DNA from: Macrostomum lignano
Lineage: Eukaryota
Direction of reading: 5' to 3'
Assembly (NCBI GenBank): GCA_002269645.1
Contig: NIVC01000508.1
Coordinates: forward strand, 184,189-248,188
Length of the DNA stretch: 64,000 bases
The notes below the pieces were generated by a model. The model saw only the letters and a program-made list of their open reading frames with translations. It was not told the origin of the DNA and did no database searches. Shown here piece after piece: positions 1-8,961 of the stretch. Position 1 is the first letter of the stretch; the number at the start of each line of letters is the position of its first letter. Position numbers and translations under genes: made by a program.

Positions 1-919
1 TCCCTGCTACCTGAACCAGTCCAGAGTGACTTAAACTTCCCTGCTACCTGAACCAGTCCAGAGTGGCTTAAACTTCCCTGCTACCTGAACCAGTCCAGAG
101 TGGCTTAAACTTCCCTGCTACCTGAACCAGTCCAGAGTGGCTTAAACTTCCCTGCTACCTGAACCAGTCCAGAGTGGCTTAAACTTCCCTGCTACCTGAA
201 CCAGTCCAGAGTGGCTTAAACTTCCCTGCTACCTGAACCAGTCCAGAGTGGCTTAAACTTCCCTGCTACCTGAACCAGTCCAGAGTGGCTTAAACTTCCC
301 TGCTACCTGAACCAGTCCAGAGTGGCTTAAACTTCTTTGCTACCTGAACCAGTCTAGAGTGGCTTAAACTTCCCTGCTACCTGAACCAGTTCAGAGTGGC
401 TTAAACTTCCCTGCTACCTGAACCAGTTCAGAGTGGCTTAAACTTCCCTGCTACCTGAACCAGTTCAGAGTGATTTAAACTTCCCTGCTACCTGAACCAG
501 TTCAGAGTGATTTAAACTTCCCTGCTACCTGAACCAGTCCAGAGTGACTTAAACTTCCCTGCTACCTGAACCAGTCCAGAGTGACTTAAACTTCCCTGCT
601 ACCTGAACCAGTCCAGAGTGGCTTAAACTTCCCTGCTACCTGAACCAGTCCAGAGTGGCTTAAACTTCCCTGCTACCTGAACCAGTCCAGAGTGGCTTAA
701 ACTTCCCTGCTACCTGAACCAGTCCAGAGTGGCTTAAACTTCCCTGCTACCTGAACCAGTCCAGAGTGGCTTAAACTTCCCTGCTACCTGAACCAGTCCA
801 GAGTGGCTTAAACTTCCCTGCTACCTGAACCAGTCCAGAGTGGCTTAAACTTCCCTGCTACCTGAACCAGTCCAGAGTGGCTTAAACTTCCCTGCTACCT
901 GAACCAGTCCAGAGTGACT
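1..919. repeat. 37-bp tandem satellite, about 25 near-identical copies, runs off the left edge
   Basis: Unit TTCCCTGCTACCTGAACCAGTCCAGAGTGGCTTAAAC repeated head-to-tail with few substitutions and no unique spacers. Confidence 0.97.
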
Positions 920-920
920 T

Positions 921-1040
921 GCCGTGTGATTACCGTGAATACCGTGTGATTACTGTGAATACGGTAGGATTACCGTAAATTCCGTGTGATTACCATGAAT
1001 ACGGTGGGATTGCCATGAATATGGTGGGATTACCGTAAAT
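921..1040. repeat. Degenerate ~20-bp tandem repeat
   Basis: About 6 variants of CCGTG(T/G)GATTACCGTGAATA directly after the 37-bp array. Confidence 0.7.
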
Positions 1041-2474
1041 CCCGGGTGAAAAACTGAGGGATTAGTGCTTAGACTGGGATTCAAAGACTTCGTGTAATGG
1101 TAGATTCGGGGGCCGGATAGAAGCTGGCGCCGTCTCAGGCCGCTGGTGACAGATTAACCGCCCTCACTCGAAGGGTTTTAAGGTTCGGGCCGGATGTCGA
1201 GGCTCTATGCGGATCCTTCCGCCTGCTAAGCTGACTTTTTTCTGGTCCTGCGGAGGCTGTCACCACCCTTTAATTGAGCAGGCACACCGTCATTTTCTAC
1301 TCTAACTGAGGCAGCTGGAGGCCCGGCCCTGATAATCGGGAGTGTTTGAGCTAGCCGTGGAGAAGCCTCGATGGAGAACGCATCGTCTAAATTGGGATTT
1401 CCCATATACACAGAATTATAATAGGCAAATATATTACTATTTTCTATCCTCTATCCTATCTTCTATCCTCAGAACTTTCTGGTGGGCAACGATAGGAATA
1501 ATTTGGACAGCTATGGGCAGCACACTGTGTTCGCGATTTTGCAGAAGGCATACTTCACTGCAGCAAAACCAAACATCCGAATTCTATGGCTACTTATGTT
1601 TCTTCACCGGATTAGCAGTTTATACGCATCTCTACACAGTTTAATTTGTTTAAATCGCTGATTGAGCATTCTGGGTAAATTCTGTGGTTCTATCAGTTCC
1701 GAAGAAAAATATGCTGGTCTCCATTACCTGTGAGAACAACACGGTTGATATCGTCTTTAGATGATTTTGAGTGTATTTCTCAGAGTGTAAATTCATTGAA
1801 AATGTCTCTTTCATGTGCAGTTTCAGTTAAAAAATACAGCTACGAGTACTCGCCTCGGGCTAGGTTCTCAGGCTTCCGTTTTCAGTGAGTTTTGTGCCAC
1901 AGATAAAAAATGAGGCATGAACCGTCATATCTGTAGGTTAATCTGTATAGTCCATAGTTTGTGCCGTGTATTTCACTTTCTAATTATCTAAGTAGGTAGT
2001 GCAAGAAAACTGCATTTTTAGTGTCCATAGTCAGCTTCATTACATTAGTCCGCGTCTCCGTTTGACATTCAAAAGTCAATATGGATGACATTGTTCGTAT
2101 GCTTTAAGGGATCAGAGTAACATTCATTTGGGGCTTGTGCCAGAAAAGTTGACTGGGGAAAAGGTTGTCGGGCCATTCACAGCCATGAGGGTCCACCCCC
2201 ATGGCACAGAGGGTGTACACGCCCCGACGATGATAATGTCGAAAAGTCGAATGTCGAAAAACGCCCTGTGTGAGCGAGCGACCTTGCATGGGCTCAGAAG
2301 TCAGCGGAATGGGCAGAATTGCCTCAACGCTGGTTGTTGATCGATGTCTTATTTATAGTTATTAGTAATTAGTCACTCAGTAATAAAGTGAAGACAACAA
2401 AACTATAAAACTAATATCAAGTGTGCGTGGGCTTCGATCGCTTCAAGCGTTATTATCACCACCGAATGACGTCA

Positions 2475-3476
2475 TTACTTGCTCGCCCGTCGCCCGTTCT
2501 CAACGCTGCGGTCGGAATCTTCTCCCGGACCTCGCCGAAAGGAGCCGCAGCAGAAGCAAATTGAGTTGGCAGCAGAGCCGATGAAGCGTCGGAACTCCGG
2601 CATGAAGATGAGATAGACCAGCGGATTGATGGCGCTATTCAGATTCAGAAGAAACGAATCTACGCGCTCCAACAAATACAGGTTGTCCAGCTCGAATCCC
2701 AGACAAAGCAGGAAATAGCCGATGGAGTCCATGGCAAAAAGCAGCACAAAAGCGGCGCTGGTGATGCCAGTCATCAGTGTGAGGCGCCGGGTCACCGCCA
2801 TCACTTTATTCTCGCTGGAGGTGCTCTGAGCAGCCGACAGCGACTGGCGGATGCTGCGCACGATCAACAGGTACAGGCTCACCGACAGAGCGGATGGAAA
2901 GATCCAGAAGATGATCACATAAGAAATGCCAAACGACTTCATCAGCTGTTCATCGTCAAAGTTCTTTTCGCAGTACTTCTCCAACAATGTTCCGTTAGGA
3001 TTCGCCGGCCGAGTCCGCAGGTTGGTGAAAATCCAACAGAAAGGAATTTCGACAACGCATGGCGAGGCCAACACCACGAAGCAGAACAGTTTGAGCAGCT
3101 GCGACTTGCGCCGTCGGTACCAGAACGAAGCGCACAGGCAGCAGCACCGCTCGATGGAGATGCACACAAGGTTGTAGACGCTCATGCTGACCAGGGACCA
3201 GTGGAGCATCTCGCTGTGCACCAGCTTGCAGTAGGCAAACCAGATGGAATCCGGTAGCGACTGGGCTGGCACCGGCAACAGTTTGAAGTACTGGATGTTC
3301 AGCAGGTTGACAGACATCAGTAGCGAGTCAATTACGGTCTGACTGCGCAGCATCAGAGTGCACAGTCTGGTGCCGATCTTGTGCTTGAAGCTAAATAATA
3401 GAAAGATGGCGTCCAAGGCCAGGCCCAGCGACAGCACCACTGTCAGGGCGGCCCGAAGCGTGCCGTCTACGTCCAT
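2475..3476 (-). CDS. Intronless orphan class A (rhodopsin-like) GPCR, paralog 1, 333 aa
   Basis: Seven hydrophobic segments; TM3 Cys (YCKL); DRY variant SIERCCC; ECL2 Cys (KYCE); TM7 NSAINPLVY (NPxxY). Confidence 0.9.
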   Translation of the reverse strand: MDVDGTLRAALTVVLSLGLALDAIFLLFSFKHKIGTRLCTLMLRSQTVIDSLLMSVNLLNIQYFKLLPVPAQSLPDSIWFAYCKLVHSEMLHWSLVSMSVYNLVCISIERCCCLCASFWYRRRKSQLLKLFCFVVLASPCVVEIPFCWIFTNLRTRPANPNGTLLEKYCEKNFDDEQLMKSFGISYVIIFWIFPSALSVSLYLLIVRSIRQSLSAAQSTSSENKVMAVTRRLTLMTGITSAAFVLLFAMDSIGYFLLCLGFELDNLYLLERVDSFLLNLNSAINPLVYLIFMPEFRRFIGSAANSICFCCGSFRRGPGEDSDRSVENGRRASK

Positions 3477-3960
3477 GACCGAAGTGTCCGCCTGGAGCGC
3501 CAGTCAGACTTCGCTGCACGACTTTATGTAATATTTTCCCAGTGACTTGTAGTTTCATTCTACTAGAACTTGTTTGACTGTCTGTGACAACGAGCTTTGC
3601 TCTGAGCAACAGGTGTATTGAGTTTCGTTTGCCATGTTTCGACTCTTTTACACGCTCTTGTTGTTTTTGTTGGGCTACGCCCTTTCCCAGTTAAAAGCAG
3701 CGTTTTCTGAAGTTAATTTGTTTCATCACAAATATACAAGCGTAATAGCGAAATATGATAGATCGCAAGCTGGCACTAAAAGTAGCTAAGAATTAAATCA
3801 ATCTGTTGGAAAAGCCAAGTGCAGCTATCTAATGCAGGATCGATGTTGCAGAGTTGGTAGGCAAAGACCACATACAAGACAGAGATAGGGTACTGTGACG
3901 TATCCCACAACACAAACAATACCTGTACATTGTTGCTCGAGTAATAATCAGGTAATTATT

Positions 3961-4905
3961 TCAATTCCTGGCCCCTGAGCAGGCGATGAAGCTGCGAAAC
4001 TCCGGCATGAACGCGAGGTAAACCAGAGGGTTGATGGCGCTGTTCAGGTTCAGCAGGAACGAGTCCAAACTGTCGATGAAGCCGTCTTTCTCGACGGGAA
4101 ACCCGATGCACAGCAGGAAGTAGTTCACCGAGTCCATGCCGAATAGCAGGACGAATGCAGCGCTCGTCACTCCCGTCATCAGCGTCAGTCTCCGGGTTCC
4201 GCGATCGCTCAGCTTCTTGGTGTCGGACGGCGGGGCAGCTGCGGACGAGGCGGCTCTCAGCGCGGACGACTGACGAAGGACGCGCACAATGAGCAGGTAG
4301 AGAACCACCGACAGTACTGACGGCAGCGCCCAGAACAGGAACACGTAGGCGATGCCGAATGCCTTCAGCATCATCGGGTCGTGCTGTGAGTAGATCACCT
4401 CGCACGACTTCTCAACGGTGGTTCCGTTCTCAATCGGGGTCTTGTCGAATGACGTCACAATCCAGCAGAACGGAAACTCAACGAATGAAGGCGAGGCGAG
4501 CACAAGAACGATGAAGGCCCAAAGCAGCTGCGACTTGCGCCGTCGGTACCAGAACGGAGCGCACAGGCAGCAGCACCGCTCGATGGAGATGCACACAAGG
4601 TTGTAGACGCTCATGCTGACCAGGGAAAAGTGCAAAGCCTGACTCCTGATGAGCTTGCAGTAGAGCAGCCACAGCCAGTCTGGGAGGCTCTGCGACGGCG
4701 GCGGCAGCAGCGGAAAGTACTGGATAGCAACCAGATTGACCAGCATCAGGGAGCAGTCAATGACAGTCTGACTGCGCAACAGCAGAGTGCACAGTCTGGT
4801 GCCGATCTTGGTGCGAAAGCTGAACGCGAGGAACAGCGCGTCGAAGAGCAGCGCCAACGACAGCGCCGCCGTCAGCGCGATGCGTACAGCGGCTTCCGAA
4901 TCCAT
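3961..4905 (-). CDS. Intronless orphan class A GPCR, paralog 2, 314 aa
   Basis: Same motifs (YCKL, SIERCCC, KSCE, NSAINPLVY); clear paralog of 2475-3476. Confidence 0.9.
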   Translation of the reverse strand: MDSEAAVRIALTAALSLALLFDALFLAFSFRTKIGTRLCTLLLRSQTVIDCSLMLVNLVAIQYFPLLPPPSQSLPDWLWLLYCKLIRSQALHFSLVSMSVYNLVCISIERCCCLCAPFWYRRRKSQLLWAFIVLVLASPSFVEFPFCWIVTSFDKTPIENGTTVEKSCEVIYSQHDPMMLKAFGIAYVFLFWALPSVLSVVLYLLIVRVLRQSSALRAASSAAAPPSDTKKLSDRGTRRLTLMTGVTSAAFVLLFGMDSVNYFLLCIGFPVEKDGFIDSLDSFLLNLNSAINPLVYLAFMPEFRSFIACSGARN

Positions 4906-5345
4906 ATTGGCTCTTGTAAGCTTATTGCTGTTGCTTTTTTAGTTTCTCAAAGTTCTCCTGTTGCAAAGCAGCAGAATGACCCGTGGTGTCAGATGTGCGA
5001 AGAAACTAAGCACTACCTGGTTTCCTGAGCGAGCAGTCGGTGCTAGCAAATACCAGTGGGGTTCTTTATATAAATTGTGTTAGAGACTTGTCTGCCTTAG
5101 CAACAGCTAAAGAGTTTAGAATGAGCAGTCCTCAACTCTACTGGTATTGGTTCAAGACTGCAGCTCCGGCCGTGTTTGCTAATGGCACACTGTCTGGTAT
5201 TCCATTGAACAACAGGCTCCGTCAACAGGTGCTAAATAGGATAAGTTTGAAAAAAGAAATTTCCAATACAGCCAAGTGGCTGCGACAGGTGCAGGTTCTC
5301 ACGTGTCACAATATTGATTAATGTAGGCTGATGAAGAGCTTAGGG

Positions 5346-5420
5346 CGGGGGTCGGCAAACTGCGGCCTGCCTGCCACATGCATCTCGCGAGGCTTCTCCG
5401 GCCATCGGGTCCTTTGAAAC
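5346..5420 (+). mobile_element. Solo hAT (Charlie-like) terminal sequence
   Basis: CGGGGGTCGGCAAACTGCGGCC resembles hAT-Charlie termini (CAGGGGTCGGCAAAC). No matching opposite end or TSD found. Confidence 0.4.
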
Positions 5421-5454
5421 TTCACAATAGCAATCCGGCCCGCTCAGGGTTTGC

Positions 5455-5900
5455 CTCTTCTGAGCTCTCTTCTCTGCTCCTCTCCTCGCCTCTCTGCCCT
5501 CCTCTCCCTCCCCTCTCGTATCTCCCATCCTTTACCGTCCCTCCACTTTCCCCTCCTCTCCCCTCCTCTCCCTTCCCCTCTCCTCTCCCCGCCTCTCGCA
5601 TCCCCCCTCTTTCCTCACCCCTCTCACGTCTCCCCTCCTCTCCTCTCTCCTCTCTCCCCTCCTCTCTCATCTCCCCTCTCCTCGCCTTTGCCCTCCTCCC
5701 CCTCCCCTCTATTATCTCCAATCCTCTACCGTCTCTCCACTTTCCCCTCCTCTCCCCTCTCCTCTCTCCCCTCCTCTCTCATTTCCCCTCTCCCCTCTCC
5801 CCTCTTCTCTCTCTTCCTTCCTGTCCCCTCTCCTCTCGCCCCTCCTCCCTCCCCTCTCCTCTCTGATCTCTCTTTTCCTCTTTTCTTCCCTATTCCCTAT
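5455..5900. repeat. CT-rich low-complexity tract
   Basis: Almost pure pyrimidine (CTCTCC-type) sequence. Confidence 0.9.
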
Positions 5901-6182
5901 CTTCTCAAGCTAAAAAAGTTTACTCAACCCTGGCTTAGGGGTGGTATGTTCGGCAAGAATGTGATGATATAATCTGCTAAATATGGTTCTCAAGAAAGCA
6001 CACCTTTTATAAAAACTTCATGTCAAACTTGAAGCAAATTTGAGCTCTGGTCAGTCTCCGGGTAGCTCACTTTTATTATTTTTTAAATGTGTGCAGAAAA
6101 CAAAATAAAAGTTTTTTTCTGCAGCCGTTTTTAAAGCCGCTCTGACAAAAATTCTGTGCCTGGCTAAATCTGCTGCTCAAGC

Positions 6183-8791
6183 CTAGCCGGTCTTCACCAG
6201 CTGGATCGGATCCAGTCGCAGTTTCCTTGTGTTGCCCTCCTTCTTCTCCGTGATCATAGCGATCGCAGCATCGTTGCTCTTCGTGTAGTTGGGCGCGCTG
6301 AACACGGTGATGCAGCGCTTCATGTAGTGCCACTCGTAGCCCTGCACCTTCGGCTCGTGACCGCGGACCAGAGTGGTCAAGCTGAACTGCGTGATGAACT
6401 TCTCGATGACGTCTGTGCCGAACTCGAACGAAATTTGCCTGGCTTTGTTCTCCGTCCAGCCTTTCAACGACATCCAGTTGGCGTCCTTCGGGCTCATGTG
6501 CGCGCCGCCAAAGGATTTCGGATCCGACCAGATCAGGTCAGCGAAGAGGCTCGTGTACTTGTCCAGATCCTTCATCTTGGTGATCTTCGGAATGTCGGAC
6601 GGTTGCACGTAGTTCTTGCCAACTTGAACCGGCGTGCGCACCTTGAAGTTGATGGTGGAGATCAGCTGGTCTACTGGGTTGGCATTCTTGTGCTTGGTGC
6701 AGGTGTCCAGCACTTTCAGCGGGTCGCCGTTGCGCATGCAGGTTTGGCAGTAGGCCAGGTAGGGGCTGATGCCGCCGTGGACGCACATGAACTTTTTCTC
6801 CACAACGCACACAGTTGGCAGATAGTCGAACACGTGAATGAACATGTACCAGATGTTCTTGGCCAGCTTCTGGTGGCCTGGGTCCACTGCGTTCTCTGCG
6901 TTCGAGAGAGACGTTGAGAAACTAAATCTGAGTGAAGAAATCTTTTTCTCAAAAATTTAAAACTGACCCAGGCAGTTCCATGTTTAAAGGAAAGGAAAAA
7001 CACTTAATTTTTAGAAGTAAAATTTTGGTTTATTCGTTTTTTTAATTACAGAAAGACTACGTGATCATCGAGTTTTCTAGGAAAGACTACATGATCTCTG
7101 AGTTTTCTAGGAAAGACTACATGATCTCTGAGTTTTCTAGGAAAGACTACATGATCTCTGAGTTTTCTAGGAAAGACTACATGATCTCTGAGTTTTCTAG
7201 GAAAGACTTACATAATCACTGAGTTTTCTAGGAAAGACTATATAAGCATCGAGTTTTCTAGGAAAGACTTACATAATCACTGAGTTTTCTAGGAAAGACT
7301 ATATAAGCATCGAGTTTTCTAGGAAAGACTACATAATCTCTGAGTTTTCTAGGAAAGACTACATAATCACTGAGTTTTCTAGGAAAGACTATATAAGCAT
7401 CGAGTTTTCTAGGAAAGACTATATAAGCATCGAGTTTTTTAGGAAAGACTATATAAGTATCGAGTTTTCTAGGAAAGACTACATAATCACTGAGTTTTCT
7501 AGGAAAGACTATATAACCATCGAGTTTTCTAGGAAAGACTACATAATCACTGAGTTTTCTAGGAAAGACTACACGGGTAATGTAATCAGAGAGACCCCTT
7601 TATTTTCTAAGAAATCTAAGTTGCCCCAGACACCTTGAAAACCGCAAGCGTTGGTCCAAAAAAGATGCCCAGAAACAAAAAAGCTAGAAAAGGGCATTAT
7701 GGAAAACTTTCTCGGGTGTTAGACCATACTTGAAGAGAGAATGATCAAGCAAACACGGCCTCACTAGAAAAGCGCTCGTTGCATTCGGGCAAAAATCCGT
7801 AGGTCTCGTGCAGATCAAAATCCTCGTGATTGCCGCGCAGCACAAACACCCTGGTTGGGAACTTGAGCTTGTAGTAAAGGAACAGGCAGACGGTCTCCAG
7901 CTGGTGGAGACCTCGGTCAACCATGTCGCCAGTGCAGACCAAATTAAAATTGTGCTGCTCCGGACCGCCGGTTTTGAAGAACCAGCGCAGCAGGTCGCTG
8001 AACTGGCCGTGAATGTCGGTCATCACGTAGGCCGGGGCCGGCACCTCTTCGCAGGATTTGTGATGCAACAGCGAGTACCGGACCAGGATTAGCAGTACGA
8101 TAATCCGGTAGGCGTTAATCTCGTCCTCCTCGGGATCGTTGCCCCAGACGATTTTCAACCTGTGAGTTGCATGGTTGTTGAAAACCATTTTGATGATTAC
8201 AGTGGCTTATAGCAGATCATCTTAAATGAATGGATTACGAATGCTAAGGTGCATACGAGCTAGTAGTAATAGGGTCAGCTCGTCATTTGACCAATGGGGT
8301 ATTGCTGATAAATTTAATGACAACCTAACGGCCACGAACCCCCGGCTCTGATTGTGTTTGCGGGCCGCATTAATCTGAGGCTTCTGACACCACTGGTGTC
8401 CTGCGATTCGCACCAACAAGGGCCAACTCCAAAGTCACGTAGATTGTACATGTCTGGCCTGCTGTTCATACTTCTACAGCAACTCTTCCAGTTGAATAAA
8501 ATCATCATTGGACTCGCAGACTCACTGGTTCGCCTGAAAGGTGTGCTTCTTCTCGGCATAGGACCCGCGCAGAAACTCCGCCTCCGGGCCTTTATTGAAG
8601 AATGAATTGTACTTCAGCTTGCCGAATAGTACGTCCAAATCGGTGTACTTTTCCATCTCCTCTTTGTACTTGCCGTTGGGCAGGTAGGAGTAGAATGTCT
8701 CCATTAGTAGCGTCCCGTCGGAGTGCTTGGGCAGCGAGGACTCGGTGAAACCTTCGGTCGCCTTGTCATCCTTCTTCTTATTCTTCTGCAT
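6183..8791 (-). CDS. Divergent PPP-family Ser/Thr phosphatase (PP1-like), 3 exons, about 457 aa
   Basis: Exons 8791-8526, 8159-7765 and 6895-6183, joined by GT-AG introns in matching phases (2, then 1); total 1374 nt. Motifs TDIHG, GDMVDRG, LRGNHE, HGGISP, DLIWSDP, RGHE, TVFSAPNY. Confidence 0.88.
7050..7573. repeat. 30-bp minisatellite, about 17 copies, in phosphatase intron 2
   Basis: Unit GAGTTTTCTAGGAAAGACTACAT(G/A)ATC(T/A)CT with variants. Confidence 0.95.
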
Positions 8792-8961
8792 TTGAATCTT
8801 TGAATTGCAGTCGCTGCTGATGAAATCGAAGTTGTTTGAGCAATGCAGAGCGCAACCGTGATTTATTCCCAGCCTTAAGTTAGTTGAGTTAGTCAGCTTT
8901 AAACACAGCTTGAAAAGCTAAAGATCCGTAAGGGTACAGTGCGAGTCACCTCGGACTTGAG

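Noticed and set aside
1-919. Regular short repeats here and in other arrays as possible CRISPR
   Set aside because: Head-to-tail units with no unique spacers, no cas genes, and a eukaryotic context.
1050-1420. GC-richer patch that might be a retroelement relic
   Set aside because: All frames are interrupted and I could not recognise a convincing RT, RNase H or integrase motif.
2200-2270. GTCGAAAAGTCGAATGTCGAAAAACGCCC, like one end of a MULE-type MITE
   Set aside because: No partner end or TSD found.
2926-4672. Overlapping or antisense ORFs on GPCRs, and likewise on the phosphatase, SYVN1, DHRS1 and WASP
   Set aside because: Expected shadows of GC-rich codon usage; no independent motifs.
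5378-5972. Pro/Ser/Leu or Glu/Arg/Gly ORFs here and at 22831-23486 and 36481-37202
   Set aside because: Translations of CT/GA low-complexity DNA.
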